Below are positions 16,990-26,605 of a stretch of 63,415 nt of DNA, piece after piece; position 1 is the stretch's first letter, and each line of letters opens with the position of its first letter. The notes under the pieces were generated by a model, which worked only from the letters and a program-made list of their open reading frames with translations, did no database searches and had not been told where the DNA came from. The translations under genes and the position numbers were made by a program. Location of the stretch: NCBI GenBank assembly GCA_964640435.1, contig CAZXFJ010000003.1, positions 1-63,415 of the forward strand, in the 5' to 3' direction. Source of the stretch: an uncultured Gammaproteobacteria bacterium. Lineage in GTDB: Bacteria; Patescibacteriota; Microgenomatia; Levybacterales; GWA1-39-11.

Positions 16990-17469
16990 ATGAGTATCCC
17001 TCAGCTAGTTATTTCGTTGTTATTTTTTGTTTGGCTTTCAGCTCTTTCATTCTTGTTCTTCCGTTTTTATTCTTATTATATGAGGCTAGTCAAAAATGGT
17101 AAGAAAGAATCTATTACGGAAATTTTGGATGAAATTGTTAAGATAGAGGAGAAAAATAAAAAAGCCCTTGACGTATTAACTGAAGAATACGTAAAATTAA
17201 AAGAAGATGGCGCGTCTCACATTCAGAAAGTGGGACTTGTAAGGTTTAACCCTTTTAAGGATACAGGCGGAGATCAAAGCTTTATCCTTGCCCTCGTTGA
17301 TGCAAATAATACTGGTATGGTAATTTCTAGTTTGCACACAAGAACGGGAACGCGCTGGTATGCAAAAAACATAGTGAACGGAAAAGGGACAGAATATGAT
17401 CTTTCTGACGATGAACAGAAGGCTTTGGCGGGAGCACAATTTTTATCAAAGGAGAAGAGTAAAAGATAA
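16990..17469 (+). CDS. DUF4446 family protein
   Basis: N-terminal TM helix, then VRFNPFKDTGGDQSFILALVD...GMVISSLHTR..TRWYAKNI, which matches the DUF4446 pattern. Confidence 0.7.
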   Translation: MSIPQLVISLLFFVWLSALSFLFFRFYSYYMRLVKNGKKESITEILDEIVKIEEKNKKALDVLTEEYVKLKEDGASHIQKVGLVRFNPFKDTGGDQSFILALVDANNTGMVISSLHTRTGTRWYAKNIVNGKGTEYDLSDDEQKALAGAQFLSKEKSKR

Positions 17470-17472
17470 TTT

Positions 17473-18645
17473 ATGGATACAAAGAAAAAAAATTTAATAA
17501 TAGGAGTAGGAATATATATTGCTTCAGCCATTATTTCTTTTGTAGCATTTTCATTTGTTTCCACAGGGGGAGTCGCAACTGATACTACAAACCCCGTTGC
17601 TCTTCCTTCATCCACATCAAGAGATAGAGTTGCTTTTGATGATAACTTACCTAAGACACAGGTTTGTCCACTTAACGGGGCAAAATATTCAAAACAGCAG
17701 GAGCAATGGTGGAAAACTCACAGACCTCTTGGGGTTATGATAGAAAATTCAGTTGATGCAAGACCACAATCAGGTCTTTCGTTTGCCGATGTTGTATATG
17801 AAGCAGTTGCTGAGGGAGGAATAACTCGTTTCTTGGCTATATACTACTGTCAGGATGCTGGAATTGTAGGCCCTGTTCGATCTGCAAGAACCTACTTCCT
17901 TGATTTTGTTTCAGAATACGGTGAATATCCACTTTATGCTCACGTAGGAGGAGCAAATACTCCAGGTCCTGCTGATGCTTTAGGTCAAATCGATACTTAT
18001 GGTTGGTCAGGATACAATGATCTTAATCAATTCTCTATTGGATTTCCTACATATTGGCGTGATTATGAAAGGCTCGGACACACAGTTGCTACAGAGCACA
18101 CTATGTATTCCACCACAAGCAAGCTTTGGGATGTTGGAAAATCTAGAGACTTAACAAATAAAGATAAAGATGGTAATTCATGGGAAGAAAATTTCTCTGA
18201 GTACGAATTTAAAGATGGATCACCATCAAAGAGTCCCACAGCAACAAGTATAAGTTTTGATTTCTGGGAAGGTTACAGCGACTTTTCAGTTAAGTGGACA
18301 TATGATTCTACAACCAATAGCTACCTTAGGACAAACGGTGGGGTTGTCCACAAAGATAAGGATACAGGTAAACAAGTTTCTGCAAAAAATATTGTAATTC
18401 TTTATATGACAGAGGCACGTGCAAACGATGGTTATGAAGGAAATCTTCATATGCTTTACGGAACAAAAGGAACAGGTCAGGCAATAGTATTTAATGATGG
18501 AATACAGACAAAGGCAACATGGAGCAAGAAGAATCGTGAGTCAAGACTTATCCTTCGTGACTCATCTGGATCGGAGATAAAATTTGTTCGAGGACTAATT
18601 TGGTTCGAAGTATTAGGAATAGGTACTCCAGTGGTTGTAAAATAA
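17473..18645 (+). CDS. DUF3048 domain protein (YerB-like), membrane-anchored
   Basis: PLGVMIENSVDARPQSGLSFADVVYEAVAEGGITRFLAIYY is the hallmark DUF3048 N-terminal motif. Confidence 0.75.
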   Translation: MDTKKKNLIIGVGIYIASAIISFVAFSFVSTGGVATDTTNPVALPSSTSRDRVAFDDNLPKTQVCPLNGAKYSKQQEQWWKTHRPLGVMIENSVDARPQSGLSFADVVYEAVAEGGITRFLAIYYCQDAGIVGPVRSARTYFLDFVSEYGEYPLYAHVGGANTPGPADALGQIDTYGWSGYNDLNQFSIGFPTYWRDYERLGHTVATEHTMYSTTSKLWDVGKSRDLTNKDKDGNSWEENFSEYEFKDGSPSKSPTATSISFDFWEGYSDFSVKWTYDSTTNSYLRTNGGVVHKDKDTGKQVSAKNIVILYMTEARANDGYEGNLHMLYGTKGTGQAIVFNDGIQTKATWSKKNRESRLILRDSSGSEIKFVRGLIWFEVLGIGTPVVVK

Positions 18646-18672
18646 ATTTAGCCGCTATATAATATCGGTGAT

Positions 18673-19251
18673 ATGTTCTCCGATCTGATAACAAGTAAAA
18701 CCCGCGTAAAGATCCTTTCACTTTTTTTGGAGAATCCCACAGAGATGTTTCATGTACGAGAAGTTGTTCGTCGTGTGTCAGAGGAGATAAACGCTGTTCG
18801 CCGAGAGTTAATTTATCTTGAGAAAAAAGGAATATTAGTTCGTGAGCCAAGGGTGAACAGGGTTTATTATTATCTAGATAAAAATTATCCATATTACTTT
18901 GATCTCATTCATATTAATTCGAAAACCCAAGGACTTGGGTCAGAAATCATAAAAAACCGTATAAAACTTGGTAAAATAAAGTATGCTATGCTTTCTGGTA
19001 AATTTGCCCGAGGTATAAGGTCAGAAAGCGCTGAAGAAGTAGATTTATTAGTAGTTGGAACGGTGGTAGTTCCTGAGTTATCTGCTTTAATAAGAGCTGA
19101 AGAGGCAAAAAGGCAGCATGAAATAAATTATACTGTTATGACAGAAGAAGAGTTTTCATTTAGGAAAAAAAGACGCGATCCTTTTATTTTCTCAATAATT
19201 TATAGTTCTCGCGTTATGCTCCTTGGTGACGAGGAATCTTTTGTAGCCTAA
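18673..19251 (+). CDS. Winged-helix (ArsR-like) DNA-binding protein with a C-terminal nucleotidyltransferase-like domain
   Basis: The N-terminal TRVKILSLFLENP..FHVREVVRRV..INAVRRELIYLEKKGIL is wHTH-like. The assignment of the C-terminal half is tentative. Confidence 0.5.
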   Translation: MFSDLITSKTRVKILSLFLENPTEMFHVREVVRRVSEEINAVRRELIYLEKKGILVREPRVNRVYYYLDKNYPYYFDLIHINSKTQGLGSEIIKNRIKLGKIKYAMLSGKFARGIRSESAEEVDLLVVGTVVVPELSALIRAEEAKRQHEINYTVMTEEEFSFRKKRRDPFIFSIIYSSRVMLLGDEESFVA

Positions 19252-19255
19252 ATTT

Positions 19256-20587
19256 ATGAAAAATCCAAAAGTTTTTTTGGCGGTATTATTTGGTATTGTT
19301 TTACTTCTTCTTTTCGTGGATTTACCTTTGCCTATTAAGCTTGGTGGGGTAACTCTGGATCCATCCAACTTTAACTTAAGACTTGGGCCTGTCAATGTTC
19401 AAAAAGACTTAAATTACAGACTTGGACTTGATCTACAAGGGGGTACATCTCTTATCTATAAGGTTGATATGGCAAAGGTGCCATCAGATCAGCGAGACAA
19501 TGCTTTCGATGCGGCTAGAAGCGTAATAGAGAGAAGAATTAATTTTTTTGGTGTAACAGAGCCAACTATACAATCGTTAAAGCTTCCTAATGAATATAGA
19601 ATCGTTATTGACCTTCCTGGTGCTACAAATGTTGATCAAGCGCTTGACCTTATTGGTAGAACAGCACAGCTTACTTTTTGGGAGGAGGGAAAGCAAAAGC
19701 TTGCAACAGAGTCAGCAGCACTTTACCCATTAGGTCTTACAACTATTTATAAAAACGCCCCTGTCGAAACCAAGCTTACAGGAACAGACTTAAAAAATGC
19801 ACAAGTTGTTTATGGTTCTCAAAATGGTACACCCCAGGTGCAACTTAATTTTAGCCCAACTGGTGCAAAATACTTTGCAGACATAACACAAAGAAATCTG
19901 GGAAAACAGGTTGCAATTGTTTTAGATGATGTTGCTATATCAGCACCAGTTGTTCAACAAGCAATTTTAAATGGGAATGCAGTTATATCTGGAAACTTCA
20001 CAACAGATGCAGCAAAGAATCTTGCGATTCAGCTTAACGCTGGTGCTTTACCTGCTCCATTAAAATTAATTGGAGAATCAACTATTGGTCCATCATTAGG
20101 TATTGATTCACTAAAGAAAAGTCTTTTGGGTGGAATTTTAGGATTTATTTCTGTTGTTATTTTCATGAGTGTTCTATATAAGAGGGAGGGAATTCTTGCA
20201 TCAGTTGCTTTAGGAATATACACAATTATTGTTTTGTTCATTTTTAAGGTTATTCCTGTAACATTAACACTTGCAGGTATTGCAGGATTTATCTTGTCTA
20301 TTGGAATGGCTGTTGATGCAAATATTTTAATCTTTGAGAGAATGAGAGAAGAGCTAAGAAAAGGTAGGACCAGGCAGGCTGCGGTTAGACTTGGTTTTTC
20401 ACGGGCTTGGCCTTCAATTCGGGATTCAAATGTTTCAAGTCTTATAACCACTTTCGTGTTATTCTATTTTGGATCAGGTTTGATTCGTGGATTTGCAGTT
20501 GCACTTTTTATCGGAATTGCTGTTTCCATGTTTTCAGCAATTGTTGTAACCAGAAACTTGTTAAGAATATTTGAGAAAGATATATAA
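19256..20587 (+). CDS. secD: Protein translocase subunit SecD
   Basis: N-terminal TM helix, a periplasmic domain with LGLDLQGG, and a C-terminal 5-TM bundle containing GMAVDANILIFER. Confidence 0.9.
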   Translation: MKNPKVFLAVLFGIVLLLLFVDLPLPIKLGGVTLDPSNFNLRLGPVNVQKDLNYRLGLDLQGGTSLIYKVDMAKVPSDQRDNAFDAARSVIERRINFFGVTEPTIQSLKLPNEYRIVIDLPGATNVDQALDLIGRTAQLTFWEEGKQKLATESAALYPLGLTTIYKNAPVETKLTGTDLKNAQVVYGSQNGTPQVQLNFSPTGAKYFADITQRNLGKQVAIVLDDVAISAPVVQQAILNGNAVISGNFTTDAAKNLAIQLNAGALPAPLKLIGESTIGPSLGIDSLKKSLLGGILGFISVVIFMSVLYKREGILASVALGIYTIIVLFIFKVIPVTLTLAGIAGFILSIGMAVDANILIFERMREELRKGRTRQAAVRLGFSRAWPSIRDSNVSSLITTFVLFYFGSGLIRGFAVALFIGIAVSMFSAIVVTRNLLRIFEKDI

Positions 20588-20591
20588 GAAA

Positions 20592-21503
20592 ATGAAAGAT
20601 TTAAATATTGTCAAAAACAAAAAATTATACTTTTTAATTTCAGGGCTTGTAATTATTCCGGGTCTTATTTCACTTGTTCTTTTCGGTCTTAAATTATCAA
20701 TTGATTTTACAGGTGGTTCAAAAATTGAATACCAAACAACGAAATCTTTTTCAACGCAGCAAATAAAATCAGCAGTGGAAGCTGAGAAAATAAAATATGA
20801 AGGTTTGCAGAGGGTTTCGGATAATTCATTTATCGTAAGAACAGAATCAATAAATCAAGCAAAGAAAAATGAAGTCACAAAAGAATTAGCAAAGTTTGAC
20901 TCTAAAATAAAAGAAAAAAGTTTTACAACCGTCGGTCCTACAATTGGAGCCGAAACTGAGCTGAATGCTTTAAAAGCTGTTGGACTCGCTTCTGTTGCAA
21001 TCATGCTTTATATTGCATTTGCATTTAGAAAAGTTTCAAAGCCTGTTGCATCATGGAAATATGGACTTTGTGCTATCGCAGCGTTGTTACACGATATATT
21101 AATTGTAGTTGGTGTATTTTCAATTTTAGGATGGTTGCTTGGAGTTGAAATAGACTCTTTATTTATTACTGCTCTGCTAACAGTAATGGGATTTTCAGTG
21201 CATGATACTATCGTTGTTTTTGATAGAATTCGAGAGAACTTGAGCAAAAATTACAATACACCTTTTGAGGATGTTGTTAACCACTCACTCCTCGAAACGC
21301 TAAATAGGTCCTTAAATACATCATTTACAGTAATTATTGTTTTGTTTACACTTTTGTTATTTGGTGGAGAATCAATAAGATGGTTCGCTGCAGCGTTGTT
21401 AATTGGTATAGTGTCCGGAACTTATTCATCAATATTTAATGCATCACAGCTTCTTATTGTGTGGTACGAATGGGACAAAAAACACAAGAGTAAGGCTAAG
21501 TAA
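20592..21503 (+). CDS. secF: Protein translocase subunit SecF
   Basis: IDFTGGS motif, a C-terminal TM bundle and GFSVHDTIVVFDRIREN. ATG 20592 lies just after the secD stop, whereas the ORF-track start at 20571 overlaps secD. Confidence 0.9.
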   Translation: MKDLNIVKNKKLYFLISGLVIIPGLISLVLFGLKLSIDFTGGSKIEYQTTKSFSTQQIKSAVEAEKIKYEGLQRVSDNSFIVRTESINQAKKNEVTKELAKFDSKIKEKSFTTVGPTIGAETELNALKAVGLASVAIMLYIAFAFRKVSKPVASWKYGLCAIAALLHDILIVVGVFSILGWLLGVEIDSLFITALLTVMGFSVHDTIVVFDRIRENLSKNYNTPFEDVVNHSLLETLNRSLNTSFTVIIVLFTLLLFGGESIRWFAAALLIGIVSGTYSSIFNASQLLIVWYEWDKKHKSKAK

Positions 21504-21945
21504 GTGCTTCGCGGACTAGGTTAGAGACAAGTGTTCCATCGGCTTTTCCTTTAACTTTTGGCATTAAAGCTCCCATGACTTTACCCATATCTTGAGGCGT
21601 TGTTGCTCCTGTTTGTTCCACTGCTTCTTTGACAAGTTTTCTTACCTCATCTTCTGACATTTGTTCTGGTAGATAAGCAGTTAAAATATCTACTTCTTTT
21701 TGTTCTTTTTCCGCGGATTCGGGTCTATTCCCTTGCTTATATAATTCAATTGATTCTTTTCGTTTTTTTATTTCTTTTCCAATAACGTCAGTTATATCTT
21801 CATCTGTTGCTTCATATCCTGCGCCACCTTTTTGTATCTCGTAGTATTGTATTGCGCTTTTGAGCATGCGTACTGTAGAGAGCTTTAGCTCATCCTTTGC
21901 AATCATTGCGGCTTTCAAATCTTCCTGAATCTGGTCTTTAAGCAT
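21496..21945 (-). CDS. GatB/YqeY domain protein
   Basis: LKDQI..DLK.AM..KD..KLSTVRMLKSAI...LTAYLP is the typical YqeY sequence; 149 aa. Confidence 0.85.
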   Translation of the reverse strand: MLKDQIQEDLKAAMIAKDELKLSTVRMLKSAIQYYEIQKGGAGYEATDEDITDVIGKEIKKRKESIELYKQGNRPESAEKEQKEVDILTAYLPEQMSEDEVRKLVKEAVEQTGATTPQDMGKVMGALMPKVKGKADGTLVSNLVREALT

Positions 21946-21960
21946 ATCTGTATTATATCA

Positions 21961-23259
21961 CTATTTTACTTTATCTCTTTTATATACGTAATATATATAT
22001 GATGGTCCATAGTGATCTATAAACTTAATTACTTTACCTTCTTTTATTGCTACTTTTACATCATATTCTTGTGAAAGTAAATTGCCGTATTGTGGCTTAA
22101 TAAATTGTTGAATTGTATATATCGAATAGAAGCTTAAAACTAAAACGGGGATAATCTTGAAGATAATATTTTTTTGTTGGTAAACAAATACTACTAAATA
22201 TGCAAATATTGCAATAGCGATAAATCTTGGGAAATCAAAATATGAATCTGTAAGTTCACCTTTATATGTAGCCATTATAATCCAAGGAACAACAATCCAA
22301 AGTAAAACTATGTAAAAAAGAATTAGGCTTTTTTTGTTTGGATTAAGTCTATAGTAGATGAAAAAGAAAATTGGAATAATAAGGAAAACAAAATATTTGA
22401 ATACGGGAAAGTAAGCCACTTTTTGGAAGGATAAAAATGCGTCACTAAATAGCTGAAAAACACGTGCTAAATGAAGACCATGATAATAATTTCCAAAGTA
22501 TATAAACGCACTTCCCGAAGATGATTCTTTAGTTACAAAGTTAAAAATAATTGGAGACATAAATATTAGAAATATTACAAATGAAATTAAAAGATTCTTT
22601 AATGTTTTCATATTCTTTGGAAGAAAGGGCAGAGCAAGAATAATGATTAATGGATACATTACCGATGTGAAGTCTACATGAAATGAAAGACCAACGATTG
22701 CAGCAAGAAAAATTAAGTTTTTGGAATCATCAGTTACAGATTTATATAGGAAGTAGAAAATAAGGTAAGAGATGGGGACAACTAATGCAATTGCATTTTG
22801 TGTTCGTTCTGTAGCGATAGCCGCAAGGGAAAAAGTATTTATAAAAAGAGCAACTAGTGCAACATTCGTTCCAAACATTTTTTTTGTAACAAAGTATATG
22901 ACAAAAAAACCAAATAAGCTTATCACTCCTGCGAATATGGGTGAGGCTATTGGATCAAGATTAGTTATGAAGTAAAAAGGAGCAATGAGGTAATAATAGA
23001 GTGGACCCATGAATATTCCACTATTTCCTTTTGCTGGTACTCCTTCCAATAGTACTTTATGATCGACAATTATATTCTTAGCAGCCCATGCGCTATCTAC
23101 TTGGTCCCAGCCAAAGTTTGCGCGTGTATCAAATTGATAGAACCTAAAAAATAGATGAAATATTAAAAGGATAGAAATAATTATTTCTATCTTATATTTT
23201 TTAATAAATTCTAGAATATTAAAATTGTTCTTCTTTTTTGATTTATGTTTCTTCTTCAT
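21961..23259 (-). CDS. GT-C fold membrane glycosyltransferase, paralog of 14583-16163
   Basis: About 11 TM helices. It shares GPLYYYLIAPF and the post-TM1 acidic loop (FGWDQVD) with the 14583-16163 protein. Confidence 0.6.
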   Translation of the reverse strand: MKKKHKSKKKNNFNILEFIKKYKIEIIISILLIFHLFFRFYQFDTRANFGWDQVDSAWAAKNIIVDHKVLLEGVPAKGNSGIFMGPLYYYLIAPFYFITNLDPIASPIFAGVISLFGFFVIYFVTKKMFGTNVALVALFINTFSLAAIATERTQNAIALVVPISYLIFYFLYKSVTDDSKNLIFLAAIVGLSFHVDFTSVMYPLIIILALPFLPKNMKTLKNLLISFVIFLIFMSPIIFNFVTKESSSGSAFIYFGNYYHGLHLARVFQLFSDAFLSFQKVAYFPVFKYFVFLIIPIFFFIYYRLNPNKKSLILFYIVLLWIVVPWIIMATYKGELTDSYFDFPRFIAIAIFAYLVVFVYQQKNIIFKIIPVLVLSFYSIYTIQQFIKPQYGNLLSQEYDVKVAIKEGKVIKFIDHYGPSYIYYVYKRDKVK

Positions 23260-24610
23260 TTAATTCGTGAATTCTTTTAAGAAGATACTCACGGTTATTA
23301 AGATCCAAATTATCATCTACTTCTAGAAATATTTTACCAAGAATTTTTCCGACTGTAGGCCCAGGTTTAATTTTTAACTCCTTCATGATATCGTTACCAT
23401 CAATAGTAAGATCATTAATTGAAAAAGGAGGATTGAGCTCTTTTACTATTCTTTCTTTATAATTTTTGAGCCTCCATGATTCGGCAGTTTTTGTTCCACT
23501 ACCAAGTCGGTCACCTATTCTAAGATCAATAATATCTTCAACATTTTCTAGACCAACTTTTCTAATAAAACGTCTTACGGCGCTATCTGTTATATTTTCA
23601 TCAACACTAAACATGTGCCAACGAATCAGCTTAACAATTTTTTCTCGATCTTTTTTTGAAAGTCTAAGTCTATCTGATATCTCATATGCTATTTGAGCGC
23701 CTTTAACTTCGTGATTATAGAAAATAACATGTCCTTCCTCATCCTCTCCTTTTACAAAAGGCTTGCCTACATCATGAAGTAGTGTTGCTAAGCGAACTAA
23801 TGATTTTTTTGAAGGAGTGTGTCTTAAGGACTCTATATTGTGAGTAAATACATCTCCGGTGTGATGTCTTCCTGGTCTTACTTGTGATATATTTTTCCCA
23901 GCTGCAAGTTCAGGAAAAATTAAATCAAGAATTCCTGCTTTATCGAGAAGTAAAATTCCCTCATATACATTATCACTATCTAGAATTTTGAAAAGTTCAT
24001 CTCTTATTCGCTCTCCCGATATTTTTGTAATAAGATCAGCATTCTTTTGTATTGCTACCCATGTTTCTTCCTCAATTTTAAAAGACAACTGTGTTGCGAA
24101 GCGAATTGCGCGAAGAAGTCTTAATGCATCTTCAGAAAAACGTTCGTTAGGATTGCCAACGGTTCTAATTATTTTTCTTTCTATGTCAGAAACCCCACTA
24201 TACGGATCTACATAGCTTATTGGATCAAGGCTCATAGCAATTGAGTTCATTGTGAAGTCACGTCTTGATAGATCTTCTTCGATAGATTTACCCCATATTA
24301 CCTGATCTGGATGTCGTGTGTTTGAATATCCACTCTCTGTTCTGAAGGTAGTAATTTCAACAAACTTTTTATCTGTTTCATTTTCTGTTTCAAATATTAC
24401 CCCTACAGTTCCAAAGTTATTATCATAAAAAGAATTTGGGAAAACTTTTTGTATTTGATCAGGAGTTGCATCTGTTGTAAGATCCCAGTCTTTTATTCCT
24501 CTTTGCATTAAAAAATCTCTCACACATCCGCCCACAAAGAAGGCTTGATAACCTTCCTTTTTTAACTTGGAATAAATACCTAAAACAGCTGGGGGAACCA
24601 CTTTTTCCAT
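23243..24610 (-). CDS. cca: CCA-adding tRNA nucleotidyltransferase with an HD domain
   Basis: GGCVRDFLM...DWDLTTDA is the polymerase-beta head, RRDFTMN is present, and LLHDVGKP marks the HD domain. Confidence 0.9.
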   Translation of the reverse strand: MEKVVPPAVLGIYSKLKKEGYQAFFVGGCVRDFLMQRGIKDWDLTTDATPDQIQKVFPNSFYDNNFGTVGVIFETENETDKKFVEITTFRTESGYSNTRHPDQVIWGKSIEEDLSRRDFTMNSIAMSLDPISYVDPYSGVSDIERKIIRTVGNPNERFSEDALRLLRAIRFATQLSFKIEEETWVAIQKNADLITKISGERIRDELFKILDSDNVYEGILLLDKAGILDLIFPELAAGKNISQVRPGRHHTGDVFTHNIESLRHTPSKKSLVRLATLLHDVGKPFVKGEDEEGHVIFYNHEVKGAQIAYEISDRLRLSKKDREKIVKLIRWHMFSVDENITDSAVRRFIRKVGLENVEDIIDLRIGDRLGSGTKTAESWRLKNYKERIVKELNPPFSINDLTIDGNDIMKELKIKPGPTVGKILGKIFLEVDDNLDLNNREYLLKRIHELNEEET

Positions 24611-24611
24611 A

Positions 24612-24627
24612 TGATAGAATTATAGCA
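24612..24627. promoter_or_regulatory. Overlapping divergent extended -10 boxes in the 17-nt cca/recJ intergenic region
   Basis: Plus strand: TGaTAGAAT at 24612-24620, 8 nt before recJ ATG 24628. Minus strand: TGcTATAAT (plus-strand coordinates 24627-24619), 9 nt before cca ATG 24610. Confidence 0.45.
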
Positions 24628-26277
24628 ATGAAATCATACAAGTGGAAGGTTTTGTCAAAAGAGGGGAAGAATATACCTGTAACAGACGACAAGATTTTAG
24701 ATTTACTTCTTGAAAATAGAAATGTTAAGACGAAAAAAGAAAAAGAAGCTTTTCTTAATCCCGAGCTTGAAGATGTAACGATAAAAAATGTCGGAATAGA
24801 TCCTTCTGAGGTTAAAAAAAGCCTAAAAAGAATAAAAGATGCAATAGAGGCAAATGAAACAATTATAGTATTTGGAGATTATGACGTTGATGGTATAACT
24901 GGAACTGCAATTTTATGGGAAACAATCTATAGAGATTATAAAAATGTTTTCCCTCATATTCCTCATAGGGTTGATGAAGGGTATGGATTATCAATTAAAG
25001 GGATCGATCATGTTCTAAGTTCTTATCCAGATACCAGACTCATTATTACCGTTGATAATGGTATCGTTGCATCTGATGCTGTTGATTATGCAAATGAAAA
25101 AGGAATTGATGTTATTATTACTGATCATCATGTAAGGGGAGTCAGCCTCCCTAACGCCTCCTCGATTGTCCATACAACTAAGATTTGTGGATCCGCTGTT
25201 GCTTACATATTAAGTAAAGAGATAAGTCAGGCGCCAAGTAATCATTTGGAGCTTGCTGCACTTGCTACTGTTGCGGATCTTGTTCCACTTACTGGTGCAA
25301 GTAGAGCAATTGTAAAATTTGGAATACTCGCTCTAAGAAAAACAAATAGAATAGGCTTGTTAGAACTTTTATCCGAAGCAGCTCTCAAGCGGGGAGAGGT
25401 CGATGTATATAGGATTGGACATGTTATAGCACCCCGGCTCAATGCTTCAGGAAGAATTGCTCATGCTATGGATTCGTTGAGGCTTCTTTGTACCAAAGAT
25501 AGGAATCGGGCAAAAGAACTTGCAAGATCACTTGGTGAAACAAATAAAAGCCGCCAGACACTAACACAAGAAGCAACTGAGCATGCAGATTTAGTTTCAG
25601 AACAGATAGATCTTACTCATAAGTTTATTTTTGTTCATAATGCAGATTACAACCCTGGCGTAATTGGTCTTGTAGCATCTCGACTTGTAGAGAAGCACTA
25701 CCGACCTTCAATTGCAGTATCTGTCGGAGAGAAAGTTTCAAAAGGATCTGCAAGATCGATCGCTGGTTTTAACATTATTGAATATATTAGAACATTTCAG
25801 GAATTCTTGGTTGATGCCGGAGGACACCCAATGGCAGCGGGTTTTACCGTTGAGACATCAAGGCTTGAAGAATTTAGAAATGCCATGATTGCTGGATCGC
25901 ACATAATTTCTGATGAGCTTCTTGAAAGAACTCTAACTATAGATTGCGAACTGTCTTTTGAAAATATATCTCTCAGTTTGTATAAAGAAATACAAAAACT
26001 CGCACCTTTTGGAATGAATAATTTAGAGCCACTATTTGTATCTAAGAAAGTTATTATTGATGATATGAAGCTTGTGGGTAAAGAGAAGAATCATGTGAAG
26101 ATGAAATTGATGCAGAATGGGAAAACCCTAGATGCAATTCTTTTCAGTGGTCAAGAATTTGATTTGAAAATTGGACAAGAAGTTGATTTGGTTTACACAG
26201 TCGATAATAATTCCTGGAATGGAATGGATAAAATAGACTTGAAAATTAGGGACGTGAATCACGTTGACGCACATTAA
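24628..26277 (+). CDS. recJ: Single-stranded-DNA-specific exonuclease RecJ
   Basis: DHH motifs GDYDVDGITG, VDNGI and ITDHH, plus the DHHA1 motif GGHPMAAG. Confidence 0.9.
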   Translation: MKSYKWKVLSKEGKNIPVTDDKILDLLLENRNVKTKKEKEAFLNPELEDVTIKNVGIDPSEVKKSLKRIKDAIEANETIIVFGDYDVDGITGTAILWETIYRDYKNVFPHIPHRVDEGYGLSIKGIDHVLSSYPDTRLIITVDNGIVASDAVDYANEKGIDVIITDHHVRGVSLPNASSIVHTTKICGSAVAYILSKEISQAPSNHLELAALATVADLVPLTGASRAIVKFGILALRKTNRIGLLELLSEAALKRGEVDVYRIGHVIAPRLNASGRIAHAMDSLRLLCTKDRNRAKELARSLGETNKSRQTLTQEATEHADLVSEQIDLTHKFIFVHNADYNPGVIGLVASRLVEKHYRPSIAVSVGEKVSKGSARSIAGFNIIEYIRTFQEFLVDAGGHPMAAGFTVETSRLEEFRNAMIAGSHIISDELLERTLTIDCELSFENISLSLYKEIQKLAPFGMNNLEPLFVSKKVIIDDMKLVGKEKNHVKMKLMQNGKTLDAILFSGQEFDLKIGQEVDLVYTVDNNSWNGMDKIDLKIRDVNHVDAH

Positions 26278-26572
26278 CCTTTTTATTTAAAGGAATGAGT
26301 GCTGTGCCGTTAGCTTCCTGAACAACTTTCACTTTCATTCCGGATCTTTCCATCTCCTTTGCGATTTCAAGTGCTTCGATTCTTGTAGGACTTGGGCGGC
26401 TTGAAGTGGTAGATTTTATTTCTGGTGCACTCAAGGGTTGATTGGAAGTAAGAGTAGCCAGGCCATCTAAAAGAAGCCTTCGTGCTTCTGCAGATGATTC
26501 TACATGAGATCCTAAGGCATTTCTGAACCTGAGCTCAGCTTCTCTTCTTCTTAAAATTTCTTCATTTTCCAT
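26246..26572 (-). CDS. Hypothetical 108-aa protein (start MENEEIL)
   Basis: This is the only ORF in a 430-nt interval. Its ATG at 26572 lies 6 nt after a terminator-like hairpin and its 3' end overlaps recJ by 32 nt. No family recognised. Confidence 0.4.
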   Translation of the reverse strand: MENEEILRRREAELRFRNALGSHVESSAEARRLLLDGLATLTSNQPLSAPEIKSTTSSRPSPTRIEALEIAKEMERSGMKVKVVQEANGTALIPLNKKVNVRQRDSRP

Positions 26573-26578
26573 AATTCC

Positions 26579-26605
26579 AAAAAAAATCCCCGCATGGTTG
26601 CGAGG
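26579..26605 (-). terminator. Intrinsic terminator-like hairpin (CCUCGCA-ACCA-UGCGGGG followed by A and U8) on the minus strand
   Basis: The 7-bp GC-rich stem (one G-U pair) with a 4-nt loop and an 8-U tract was read directly from the sequence. It lies inside a 5' leader, not after a gene. Confidence 0.55.
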
